Shown piece by piece: positions 37,883-50,797 of a stretch of 64,000 bases of DNA; the first letter of the stretch is position 1; the number at the start of each line of letters is the position of its first letter. The translations under genes were made by a program, and so were the position numbers. Source of the stretch: Tricharina praecox (lineage: Eukaryota); assembly GCF_024521635.1 (NCBI RefSeq), contig NW_026250403.1:868001-932000 (forward strand), read 5' to 3'. The notes beneath the pieces were generated by a model. That model was not told the DNA's origin. It did not search any database and was given only the letters and a program-made list of their open reading frames with translations.

Positions 37883-40716
37883 ATCGACGATGGTTGATAT
37901 GGTAGATGTCGAGGAGATGTCGAGGAGTCTGGATTGGATTGGATTGGATTGGATTGTTGGATTGGGGAAGTCTGGTCAAGGTCGATGAGGATGAAGAGGA
38001 CGGAGAGAGGAGAGGGGAAGAGGATGTTTATGTGATTATTCTCTGGTGTGGTCCTTGTAATGTTTATCTAGGCGGTATGTAGAGTCCAACAGCTAAGTCC
38101 GGTCTGGCCCTTGGGGGAAGGGGGGGACTTTTTATCTTTCTATCTACCGAAGGTATGACCACTCGTCACTACGCAAGCAAAACCAAAACGCTACACTGCT
38201 AAGGGCCTGGTGGGGGGAGGGGGGCGGGCCATCTCTGCTTGGGATTGGGGGTGAATGGGGGGTGATTGGAGGGGGCATGAGGTATTGGAGGAACTGTTGA
38301 TGGTGGTGTGGATGTGGTTGGGTTTACGGCTGACTTGACTTGTATGTAGTCCGGGAGGGTTGCCTGTGGGTTAGGATTCTGTTGTGGTTCTTTTTTTCTT
38401 TTTTCTCTCCCAGGGAGCGTTCGTTCAGTTCTGTTCAGGGTTTCGGTGTCAGAAGCACGTTACTAGTAGAGTCGGTGCAGGGCCCGTAGGTTACAGAGAT
38501 ACTCGCAGTCGCCGCAGACGTTCGTGAGTCGCCGATTTTACATACATTGCGGATCTTACACGTAAAACACCACTAAAGTCCTGATGATTCTTGGTATCGG
38601 AGTGGATCAAAAGGTGGGTACTTTGATACATGGTCGTCATCTCCACATCAGCCCGCACAGACTGGCCGGCGCCAGACGCCTCGCGAAGCAGCCGGGAACT
38701 CGTCCGTACATATTTTAGGTAGTTTGGTGCTTACTTCTTGGGTACATGACGATGACGGGTTGTGGCCACCCTCGTGAGTATGGCCTGGCCACTGCCCTGC
38801 GCCACTAACTGGAGCAACCAAGTACCCAGCTCCTACAGACAAATAATGCAATCACAACAACCTAGAAGCACCAGCATCAGCACGAACACTCGCACCAGCA
38901 CCAGCACCAACACTTCACTTCACTCCACCCACCACAGCTTCACTCCACAAAGCACTCCACGCGCGCCCTGCTCGACGCGCATCCGTTGGTCTCCCCGTTC
39001 GTTCGTTCGCTCGTTCCCTCCGTTGCGCCTCCCTTTCCGCCTCGAGAGAGCCATACTTACCCTCCGTAGGTATCGACTCGGCAGTGCGGCTGCTGCGCCC
39101 TGATTCCGGCTTGCCATGCTCTCGCCGGCTCCGGATCCCCTCCTCACCCGCACGAGCACCGCGTTGAGGACGTTCGCTCCAGCCATGACCACCCATGCCA
39201 TGCTATGCGCTGAGGAGGTTCGTTCGTTCCAGCCATGGCCATCCATCCACCCATCCCCCCTCCCCATGCCATGCGCTGCCACTCCACCCCCTCCCCCTCG
39301 GCCCCCAGTTCGACAGCCCGTCCGGGCTGGTGGTGGTCGGATGGAAAGACGAATCACAGGAGCAGATATCCCCACGCAGGCCTGCCTCGCCTCGCCATTC
39401 CATCCTTTGCTTCCTTCCGGCTGCCACATCCCACACGCACATGTTCCCACCACCACGACCATCCCCCACCCGCCGCCAATCGAATAAACCACGTCTGCGG
39501 TTACTGCAAGGTGGCCCGCCCCCTCCCCCCTCCCAAGGAAATCGAACCCTGCGCATCGCGAGCACCTCCTCCTCCTCTCCACCAACGCGTGGTGGCGATG
39601 ACGACGTTGGAAGGTGACCATAGCTACCGTTCAATAATATCTGTTCCACCTACCTACATGCTATACTCTACGTAGCCAATATATCTGCTGCCACTCTATC
39701 TATCCATCTGCACCCAAGCATCTGCAATTGTACGGCTGCATGCGAATTCGATAGGAGGTGGTTGCGGTCGCGGTCATGGCCGTGTCGCGGTCGCGATGGT
39801 GATGGCTCACATAGGTAACCACATACATAATCTACTACTAGTAGCAGTATCTATCTATGGCCGGTGTGAGATGCGTCCGCCCCCGGCAGATCCGTTCGTG
39901 TGCAGCTGCTTCACCCGTTCATTGATCTCCATTCCTTTGGAACACGTTTTCCTTGTGGCCCCCGACGACGCGAGCGGGGATGCTCGAGGAACCCAGGACC
40001 GGTCGCCCGCCTGGGGTATTTTTAATTTCGAGTCAAACGTCGATAACCACATGCCCCGTGTGCTCTGCTGGTACTTGGTACTTACAGACGTCGATATGGT
40101 ACTCTACATGCCTCGTGTATGTCCTCTGTACTCTGTACTATCATACTCTCTTTACTCTCAGTCTCTCACCCCCGGAGCCAGCCGTCAATACTTGCCAAGT
40201 GTACCTATTCTGTGCTCTACTGTCACCGCCGAGCCAGACGTCGATAGGGTAGGTACTTGCCAAGTGCACTCTGTACCATACTCGACTCCGCTCCAGCCCC
40301 GAGCCCCGCTTCGCCGAGTTCCCGTCTCCGACGTGGGGCTGTGACTCGTCCTGTTTCCAGGCCCCGAGACCACCGCCAAGCCGGCGCCATGCGGTGTAGC
40401 TGGTTGGTTATCTCCGCTGCCCACTTGGCACACTATCGACAACTACCCTAACTGCTCTCTATATCACAGCAACGACGGTGGTTCAACCCAGAACCTCGAT
40501 CTGAACACCACGCGAAACACCGACCTGTCTGGTCGCTGATCGAGTCGATACATGGAATGGATGGATGCTTGAGGTTACTGCTATAGGTAGGGATACTATA
40601 CAGTAAGGTAGATACGCACACTACTACTACCTGGTATCATATGCACCCCGACGGGTCGCAGTCAAACAATCACTCCGGTGGGCGCATGTCTATACCAGTA
40701 ATACTCCAACAATGAC

Positions 40717-42669
40717 TCAAGGAGGCCCATAGACCATGTTGATGGACTTGGATTCGACCATTGAAGCCAGCCCTGTCCGAACGAACCAAAACTCGTCAGC
40801 CACCGGGTCTTCCAATTTCGCACCGGAGCACGCGAATGACAAAAGAATAACGGATGTGAGTGAGCGCAGCGATGGGGCTGGCTGGCGTGGTGTGGTGATG
40901 GTCTGGCTGACTGGCTGGCGTGGTGTGGTGATGATGGGTGAATGGGCTGTACATACCGTGACTCCATCCCTCCCTGCCATTCCCACTGGACTTCCAACCT
41001 CCGAACGTCAAACCCGTCGCGATATCTGGTGATGTGGTGTTCACACCGACCATCCCGGCCTCGAGCGCCCTGGCGACCCGGATCGATCGCGAGGCGTCCT
41101 GCGTGAAGACGCTTGCGTACAACCCGTACTCGGTGTCGTTTGCCAGCGCTAGCGCTTCCTCTTCGGTCTCGAAAGTGGTGACGCACACTACCGGCCCGAA
41201 TATCTCCTCCTTCATCAATGCGCAGTCGGGAGGCAGGTCAAGGAATATGGTGGGCGCAACAAAGAAGCCCTGCGTGAACGATGCGCGTGGACAGGCTGTC
41301 AGCAATCCACGGTCGCCATCAGGAGAACCCCCTACGTGTTGCTCTCCGCGAGAGTGTTGCTGCTAGTAGCTTACCTTATCACCCAACTTGTGGCCGCCGA
41401 TAAGTGGGGTACCATATTTCTTCCCTTCTTCGATGTAACCCATCACTTTCTTGAATTGGATTTCGTCGATCAGTGGCGACAGCCCCATCAATTCTTTGTC
41501 CGTCGGGTCCGTCAGGAGCTGGATCTCACCATTCGGGCCGACCTTCGAAAACGCGGCCTTGAAGTGGCTGGACAAAACAAACAAAGACACGGCATGTGAG
41601 CGATCGCGGACGCTACCATGTATACCAATAGTATACACGGACGAGATGGGGTAAAACAAACCGCATGAACTCGTCGACCGCACCCTTCTCGACAAAGATC
41701 CGGGTGTTAGCAAAACAAGATTGTCCAACCAGAAAATTCATGCTGAATGCGGTCCTTGCTGCCGCCATGGGCAGATTGGCATCGTTGAAGATGATGCAGG
41801 CGCTCTTGCCTCCCAGCTCGAGCTGCACCTTCTTCATGTTAGTGTCGGCGGCCACCTTCTGCAAGTGCCTGCCCGTCGCCGTGCTACCCGTGAACGACAG
41901 CTTCCTCACGTCGGGATGAGCCGCCAACGCGGCCCCCGTGGTCGGTCCCGGGCCGGAAAGCACGTTGATGACGCCGGGCGGAAACCCGGCCTTCGCGATC
42001 AGATCCGCCAGCAGCAAGCTGGTCAGCGGCGTCTTCTCGGACGACTTGATGACGATGGTGTTGCCTGCGGCCACCGCCGCGCCCACCTTCCACGCAAACA
42101 TCGGGATCGCCGCATTCCACGGACATATAGCGCCGACCACGCCGAACGGCTGCTTGATCTCCATCAACAGCTTCCCCTCCTCACACATCCTCGTCTCGCC
42201 GCGAATATCGAGCGCCGCCTCGGCGAAATACTCCAGCATCCCCGACACCGTGTAGTCCATCGCCTTGTCCGTCGCCTCGCGGTGCGACCGTCCCGTGTTC
42301 AGCCCCTCGAGCAGCGCCAGCTCGTCGGTGTGCTCGCGTATCAGCGCCGCAAACCGGAGGATCGCGCCCTTGCGCCCATAGACTCCGAGCCGCTCCCAGG
42401 CGGGCTGCGCAGCTTTCGCCGCGGCGACGGCGGAAGAGACGTGGGCGTGTGTTGCGGCGTGCACGCGCGCCAGTGGGGCGCCATCGAACGGTCGGTACAG
42501 ATCAAAGGTGTCGGTGGAGGTTACCCACTATTTGTGTGAGGGGGTGGACGGTCAGTTGTGCCGAAGTGGGACCGAGGTTATGGGGGGGACGGGGGCCTGC
42601 GGACTTGTGCATACACACCTCGTTGTTGATGAAGAGACGGGTCTCGATGTACTCTGGAAGCTTCACCAT
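40717..42669 (-). CDS. Aldehyde dehydrogenase (five exons)
   Basis: TRLFINNE, ICPWN, IKSSEKTP, FTGSTATG, LELGGKS, GQSC (catalytic Cys), EEIFGPV, YGLYASVFT and FGGWKSSGNGRE. The last exon ends ...MVYGPP* at 40717. Confidence 0.95.
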
Positions 42670-43428
42670 CTTGTAGATATCTTCGGATTGTGTTTTCGCT
42701 AGAAATTTTGGATATTTGTGTATCAATTCCCCGCCGTCGTCTCACCGCTTTTATATGTAAACAACCCTTCAGCCTTATCTCCTCGCCGTCACAGCTCCTT
42801 TCCATCTAGAGTCTACCGCCCATCATTCACCAAACCCGGGGAGGGATAGTTGCGAGTTTCGATTACATTACGTGATGCCGAGTCTGAATTCTGCAGAGCA
42901 TGGGGTTGTAAAAGCACAGAGCGCTCTATTCTATCATCGGTTTACATACAGTTGACTGTTTTACACGAGGGCCGGCGGCCTGATTACCTACCTGCATACC
43001 TACGTGATTACCTACGTTCGCGATTACCTACCTACCAGACTACCACGTCCGGGGCTCCGGGGCGCGGTCAATTCAATCCAATCCATATAGATACATAGTA
43101 ATCATCCGCGTTCCGGGCTCGCAGGCATCAGGATTCGGTACTTTATGTGGGGAATCGCCGTCGTGGAAGCTGGAAACTGGAAACTCCCGCCCTATTTACT
43201 ATGTATATGTAGGAAGTATGTATCCTGCACGACCCCCCACACTTACGAATCTAGGGAGGGCGGGGGGGATCATGGAGCATGGATCATCTGTATTGTACAC
43301 AAGCAGTGCGATTACTCGCGGATCGGGATCATGGGTGGGCACTCGGTCTTTGGTCCTCTTGACGCGGGTGGGGGGCCTAAAGAGGCTGTTTCTAATTTCT
43401 GGTGAGATGCCAGGGGGCATTGGACAAT

Positions 43429-43560
43429 GCTGAGATTCTGAGATTCTGAGATGCTGAGATGCTGAGATGCTACATGGCACAAAGGCTGCTTATGCGATTA
43501 TGCGATTATGCGGTAATACGATTATGCGGTAATGCGATTATGCGGTAATGCGATTATGCG
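43429..43560. repeat. Two adjacent 8-bp-based tandem arrays ((T/G)CTGAGAT; TTATGCGA/TTATGCGGTAATGCGA)
   Basis: Directly visible short tandem units. Confidence 0.85.
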
Positions 43561-43859
43561 AAAGGATAGGGAATAGTGCAAAGAAACAGTGATATCGGGA
43601 TGTTCAAGGGCAAGTATGTAGACGCATAATACTAATAGGAGGTGGTGGGGTGGCGGGGGGTCGGGTTGAGGGTTACACGAGGGCGGCCAGTGGACCCGTG
43701 GTGCACTGTTGACACGCGGGCTGGTGGTGGTGGTGCGTGCTTGCCCGGCTGCTGTGGTGGCTACTCTACCGATCCGCGGGCCGGGCTCAAGCGAAGAACG
43801 CCCCAGATCGTGCACGTAGCATAACCCGAGCCGCTGGCATCACGGTGTGGCACTCCGTG

Positions 43860-44521
43860 AAGGGTGGTTTGTTGTCGGTTATTTACAAGTCTAGGTACTT
43901 ACCTATGTAGGTTTTCCGTCGGTGTCACTGGTTCTTTGCACTGTTCTATGGCCTTTCCTTTCCTTTCGCATCGTCGCTGTATGTAAGCAGCCCTTGTGGC
44001 TTCTCGGCAATGAGCATTTTCCCTGGCTTCTCACCAGAATAAGCCTGTTTATAGTACCTATGCCCTCAGCCCAGTCCGGCATTGTCGAGACTCTGGTTAG
44101 AGTATCGTCGCATTCTCTGTCTGAGGCTTCATGCGCTCTTTGCCTACACGAGCTCGTGGTTTCCCTTCAAAAGATGTCTCTTTTACTCGTCTTTCTCATT
44201 CATTATATCAATCAAGTCAAATTTTTCTGCAGATTTGGCTGCTAAGTTCCAAATTCCAAGTTCCAAGTTGCAACAGTGGTTAAGGAGCGATAATCACTTT
44301 ATGTCACTCGCTTGCGCATCGCACCCTCTAGGCTCTTGGAACCCTCCAAGCTCTTGAAATTCTCCAGGCTCTTGGAAACCATCCAGACGATAGCGGCACG
44401 GTAGAAGACCCTGTGGTCGGCGGTGCGGAAGGAGACGGAGGGCCAAGGATCGCTTCGAGAACCGATACTTATTCGCAGACGAGTGGTGCAGCCATGCCAT
44501 CTTGAATTCTTGGGCTCTCTC
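43860..44521 (+). repeat. Dispersed repeat copy 2 (block order X-A-B), inverted and circularly permuted relative to 31162-32000
   Basis: Shared blocks such as GCAATGAGCATT..CTGGCTTCTCA.CAGAATAAGCCT, ATGTCACTCGCT, CTAGGCTCTTGGAA and ATTCTTGGGCTCTCTC. Contains a local 18-bp triplication at about 44330-44385. Confidence 0.85.
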
Positions 44522-46230
44522 CCCAGCTTCAGCTTTATCTCTCTGGTGCGCTATATGTATCTTTGAGGAAAGGCCATGGCGGAGGGCAGGGCAAGCAAAT
44601 AGATGAACAACCCAAAAACCTGCGAGACTTCACTCTCCATTGTCGGAGTGATTTTTCATGAGCGAGTGAGATACCTACCTACCTACCACTTAGAAGTTTA
44701 GGTAGACCTGGTGACTGCGCAAGTAACTGTTGAAATATATGGGTGAACAGATGATGATATTTTATTCGATACAGAAACAAGAAACCTATCGTCCACGGCG
44801 AAGGCCTCTATTTATGACTGAGCGCCCAACAAAGTTGGTCGCTCATCAGACTTCGCCGGGCCCGCCCATCAGAGTTTGCCTGGCCGCCGTCGAGACTCCT
44901 CCACCGCCAAACCTTAACTGAGATCTCCAGGTGACCAAAGTTTGACAGTAACTAACGTATCAGAGCACCGCTTTTGCAGACCGCTCTTCTTCCAAGTTGC
45001 CAACACCCCTCCAGAGTCCAGGCCAGAGGCGAGATCGAGAGGAGAGGACACACGGAAGAAAGACGAGACTTACTCCTCTCGCCGACAGCTCCTCCACCGC
45101 TTCCTCCTCTCGCTGATAGTTTCTCCTCTCACTAATAGTTCCTCCTCCTCTCGCTGGCAGTTCCTCCTCTCCCTCCCCTCGCTGCCAGCGCGGTAGCATG
45201 GCGAGGAGCAGTAAGGGGGATACAGTATGGTGAGTGGGGGAGTGTATGAGAAGGGAGAATGAGGGACAGTATGGGAATCGGAATGAGGGCGGGGGATTGG
45301 GGGGCGGGGGAAGGAGAGTAGTTTAGGTACATAAGGTGACGGAAGAAGAGCATCAAAAAGTAAAAGTTATCTCCAGGTGAAGAGCATCGATAAGTGATAC
45401 GTATTGCATGAGACATTATGTACTGCTTGGGATTTCAAGAATCCTTATGAGCGTATAAGCCTTACTAAACCCTATTTGTCCAATTCTTTATAGCATCCTT
45501 CTGTAACCACTATGAGCTCATAAGGCGTGGCAGCTTGTAGGCAATGCAGAAGGCTTACGGGTCGCGACTAATTCTCACAGCACTCAGGATTGAGCAAGCC
45601 TTATTCAACAATATGAGCTGGAATTCGAAAACCCTGACTACACAAGCCTTATTTTACGAAAAGAACTACAGAGAAAAAATAATACTGATATTGGTAAAAG
45701 TTTCTCATGAGGGTTGTGTCAAAATCGCCCTCATATAAGGCTGCCATAAGGCCTGTAACTTTATTACTTTGCTCAATATGGTATGTACTAGTACTGCCTA
45801 CATGAAGGAGACAGATGTTGGTGCCAATAAACCGGTTGCTGGGACGGCAGGACGGGTAGTTCGAAGAGTTTCAGCTTATGGAGCATCGAGAAGATATCGC
45901 TCGGTCGAGTGATGACGCGGAACTTTGGACTGATGGTACTCTAGTACGGTTATTGGCATTGTCATGACCCAGCTAGGTCACATGCAATCAATCATCAAAC
46001 ACACAATAATCTGGCACGGTTATTCGCTGCTCACAGGCCGTCACTCAGACAACGCACCGCTCATTGCCAACATTTGATACGGAGAGATTATTTGAGGCCA
46101 TAACATTCGATCATCCCGGGCTTTTTTTCATTGAGTTATCCATCTCCCAAGTCACTTAAGTTACAAGTTGAACTCATCCAAAACATTGCCGTGAAGAAAC
46201 AAAAAAACAGAATCCCAACATGCATATGCT

Positions 46231-47295
46231 TTACTCGTCATCGCCGAAGAAGACCTTGATCGGGAGCCTATGGGGGTGCATTCGTTAGTCAAGTCACGTT
46301 TTACTCTCTCCTCAGCGGGACAACATACCAAGCATCACCGCACACCTTGAACCGATCCTTCAGGCTGTTCAAAGCCTTAACATCCTCATCCTCCAAGTTC
46401 CATCCATTCAGGTCAAAATTCGACTTGACTCTGGACTCTGTAACGGTCTTGGGGATGACACTCCAGCCGTTCTGCAGGCCCCACTTGATCAGCACCTGCG
46501 CGCTGGTCTTTCCGGTCTTCTCCACGATCTTCAACAGCGCCGGGTCCTTGTGCAGCGGGGAGTCGGTGGATCCCAGGCACGAGTATCCGGTGGTGTGGAT
46601 GCCCTTCTCGGTGTTGTACGCCACCAGCTTTGGCGACGGATTGTTGGGGTGGAGCTCGATTTGGTTGACGGCGGGAACCACGGTGGTCGTGGGAGCATTG
46701 AGCAGGATCTCGAGGTTCTTGATTCCAAAGTTGCTCACACCGATCGCGCGCGCCTGGTCCTTGGGGATCTTCTGCATCTCCGCCCACGTCTTGACGAAGT
46801 CCCAGTCGTCGTGGTGCTTCTTGAGGTCATCGGGGCGGGTGGACGACGGCCAGTGCATAAGGTACAGGTCGACGTAGTCGACACCGAGAGACTTGAGCGA
46901 GCTGGCGATTCCCTCCTCGACGCGCTTGTGCCACGGGTTGTCGAGCTTGGTCGTGAGCCAGATCTCCTCGCGGGGGACTCCGGAAGCCTTGATTCCTTGG
47001 CCGACTTCGGCCTCGTTGCCGTAGGCGAGGGCGCTGTGGGCGATTAGCTGCTGTGGGAGAGACGAGGACGGACGGGAGAGAAGCTTACGTGTCGATGTGG
47101 CGGTATCCAGCGCGGAGGGCGGCCTCAACGGCCTTCTCGACAGCACCGGGAGGCGATTGCCAGGTTCCAAGACCGACCAGCGGGATCTGAGCACCGGTGT
47201 TGAGGGGAGCGGTTTTCCTGTTTGGTTCCCTCCATCAGCAAGAGGTCAATCGGCTAGGTGGGACAGGCAGCTGCATACTTGGTCCAGTCACTCAT
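46231..47295 (-). CDS. Aldo-keto reductase (GCY1/YPR1-like), four exons
   Basis: [45 protein letters not shown] and VIPKT; C-terminus [11 protein letters not shown]. Confidence 0.95.
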
Positions 47296-48189
47296 AGTTG
47301 CGATTGTAGAGTATCGGGTTGTGGTGGGGTGAGTAAAGTGAGATCGGATTGCAGAGAGGCGGAGACGAGCAAGCATACAGAAGTAGATGTGAGTGAGGAA
47401 GATGAAGAAAGAAAGAAAATCGGATTACGGGGACAGATGAGTAGATAAATATAAAATTAGATGGGAGGGAGTCGATCACGACGCGAAGCAATTGCGTTTT
47501 CTCCGGAGAATACCCAGGCACAGCAACGACATCAATGGCGGGGTTGAGTGGATATGGAATTTATCCGGTAGATCGAGCCGGATAAATTGAGCTGACTACC
47601 GTTTCACTAACTAGTGCCTTGTGGGGCGCGGGGAAAAAGAGAGAACGTCATGCTTGTGCGGGTGTCCGTTGTCCGTCCGCCTTCGACGCGCTTTCCGCGG
47701 TGAGGGAAGGTCCGGCAAACCGGTTGAGGTCCGGATAATTGGAAGAATTGGGTAGAGCACATAGAGAGTGGAGCTCAGAGATGATCTCGGCATCTCAAAA
47801 TAAGATGTGATGCGAACCACATGTGTGGATAAGCTATTTTGTGTTTGCCATTGCGTGGGTATGACTTGGGACCAGGGCCGACCCAGCTTCGAACGGATCA
47901 ATTCGAGCCCTGCTGGGACTCTTCCGAATGGGTATATTGCTGCCATTTTCCGTGTACTTCGGTGTCAGCGTGGTGAAACGCCGAAAGAGCCCAATCGTGC
48001 AGATATCGCGACCCTGCGTGGAACGCTCGTTTGCAGGATGACCTCTCATACAACCGGTACAGGCAGAACTTCTCGGTCTGGCTTCTATTATCCAGCGGAC
48101 CCACACGGTTTGGCCATTGTTTAGGCTTCATGGTTTTCACGCCTCGAGTGAAACCTTGTGAATTGACGATATCGACAGCAGCCAGCAAC

Positions 48190-49622
48190 CTAGAAAAGCC
48201 CCGTCGGCCCCCTCCCACCCAACCCTACAAAGCCCAAGCACTTCATGGCACCTTCATCCCAATTCTTTCCATCCAGAAGTCCATCAAGAACAACATATGC
48301 CTCCGCCCATGCTGCCAAAGTCCCAGCGACCCCCTCGTACAACGAGAATGGCGCATCGGGCTTCCGATACGCCTGATCCCCGATCGGTGGCATCTTACCA
48401 GCCTCGACCAGTAATGCAAGTGCGCGGCCGAGCCACTTTTCTTTCTCCTCTCGCCCACAGCCTTGGGCAAGCATCAACAGCACCCATCCGTTGCCGCCTA
48501 CACCATGACAGATTCCAAGTCCTTTCTTAACCAGCCCTTGCTCCCAGACTTTTTTGGCGGCTGCGTGAAGTGCATGGGAGTAGGCGGCGTACTCGTTGTA
48601 ATTTGCCGGGAAACGCTGTCTCAATGTCGTGAGGAGTAGGACAAGTCCTGGTGAGCCGTGGCAGATCTGAACATGGGGATTGGAGCGGTGCTGCGCACCA
48701 AGGGAGGAGGGGAGGAGACCATTGTTTTCGAGGGCGAGGTGGCAGAGCGCGGCTATCTCGGTTAAGATCTCAGGAAGGAATGGCTCGATCGTCTCGCGTG
48801 GGACCTGTAGAAGAACAGTCAGGATTCCGGCGGCGCCATGCATGCTGCGGAAGGTTAGCCAATCACAGGAGACAAGGGACGTATACATACGCTCCAAGAT
48901 ACATCTTGTCGTGCCATTCCCACATCAGTGTATTCAAGTTATGCTCCTTCTTCGCCTTGATCCTTCCTCGCCTCCCCGCATCAATAATCTTCTGCACAAG
49001 CACCTTCACGATGTCCTCGCCACCTTCCCACTCTTGCATGCGTTCCCTGACCGCGGGATCCAACTTCTGCAGATTCAAGAGTGCCCACAGCAGTCCGGCC
49101 CTTCCGTACAGCACTTCATCGCCTCCATCTTCATCGGACGCACACGCCATTCCGACCGCAAACTCGAGAGTTATCATCGCTTTCTCCCACCTCCCATCGT
49201 CTGCGTCAGACATGATGTACTTCGTGTACGCCCCCATAAATGCTGCGCCGGTTGGCGTGCCGATGGGCGAGAGCTTTCCGGCGTGCAGAGAGTGCTCATG
49301 CCGGTGAAGTCGGGGTTGGTGCTTCCGAATGAGCTCTTCGAACTTGATCTTCGACTCGAGATGCGGAAGTTGGTACCATATGCGGCAGTAGGCCCAGGCG
49401 ATCCCTCGTGCTAACTTAGAAGTTTCTCCGACTCAATGGGTGAAGTCGAGACGCACCTGAATGACCGGTGTAGAGGTTCTCATGGCTGTCACTTCCGGCA
49501 GGAGCAGTATTCTGTTCGATTAGCTGAATTCCTGCGAGGATCGAGTCCTCGAGGAGAGAAAGCGTGTGGACATCGAGAGAAGATGGTTGGAGAGTGTTTG
49601 GATAGTAAAGCTGCGCTGACAT
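48190..49622 (-). CDS. LanC-like protein (lanthionine synthetase C-like, eukaryotic LANCL type), three exons
   Basis: LYTGHSG, DEVLYGRAG, WEWHDKMYLGAMHGAAG (across intron 48890-48845), QICHGSPG, GLGICHGVGGN and PDAPFSLYEGVAG. Confidence 0.93.
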
Positions 49623-50195
49623 GGTTGGTCGGTGTTACAGAGCTGAGAGAGCTGTGAAGCACGGCGTCATCCAGGCGTTTTTACACAAAACGTACAGTCT
49701 GCATCAGAGTGACGTGACAGCACTTTATTCGAAGATGAGGCCTAGTAAGTCCACGTGCATACAATGAATCGAGAATCGAGAATTGAGGGTTGGGCCAAAA
49801 CGAACTCGCGGCAAATGTGACAGTCAAGGTAGACCTGCGATATGGACCCCTCACTGTGAGATACCCATGTACACAAATAGTCACTCGGAATGTCGAATGC
49901 TGCTGCTCAGATTGCCATTCGCTCTCACTGGAATCGCCGCACGGGTTCTCTAGGCGGTGGTTACCTGATCACTCCGCCTCGAATCATGCCTAATTTCTTC
50001 GATAGAGTAGCCAGCCGAAAAGCCACTCCTGCTGTCGTATAATAGTGGTAGGGTACGTACCGTAGGTATTGTGGCGATCATGTTGGCGCGTGGAGGGTGC
50101 TGGTGCTGGTCTGCGAAAGGCGGCCTGAGTATGCCGAGACTAGGCCTACCCACCGGACATTTCCGGTGGATAGTTTTGTTCGCAAAGTTTATTTC

Positions 50196-50797
50196 GGCCC
50201 AGTTTGGTTCGCAGCTGCAGTGTAGAAATCTGCAGTTTAACGAGTTGAAGGCTGCCCAAGCTGCAGTTCCAAACTCTCAACTTCCCTGATGACCGTTCGG
50301 CAACCCAGATATTCAACAGCACGCCACACTTGTACTTTTTTTTTGACTTCGGGGCTACGTCAGAAAACCATAACTGGCTTTTTACAGCGACGAGGTGGCC
50401 CTTCCGGTCACTTGGGGAATGCCCCCTTCCATCTCACAATGGCGGCTCCTCCTCTGCGCCGTACCAGCAAGTGACTCCTCCTATTCACAGTCACAACGGA
50501 GGAACCGTAGAACATGGCCGGTGTCGGACATCGTAGGCGTAATGAAGAGGGACGATGGTGAGGTCGACTACGGTGGGGTTGACTACGGGGGCGATACGGG
50601 CATGTACTACTGGTGGTTGTCCATATGTAAAGTTTATTTGTACTTACTGTGGCTTAGTCGACAATCTGCAGTTTCTCGAGTTGTCAACTTGGGGTGGTGT
50701 GACAAACAGGCACTCATTCGGGGAAGTTGACGGTTCGAAACTGCAGCTCACTTTTTGTGTGGTAGATTCAAACTGCAGCTGCGAACCAAACTGGGCC
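50196..50797. mobile_element. 602-bp MITE, PIF/Harbinger (Tourist)-like, perfect 26-bp TIRs, 3-bp TSD TTC
   Basis: GGCCCAGTTTGGTTCGCAGCTGCAGT (50196-50221) is the exact reverse complement of 50772-50797, and TTC flanks both ends. A second, imperfect inverted pair lies at about 50259-50286 / 50721-50748. Confidence 0.88.
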
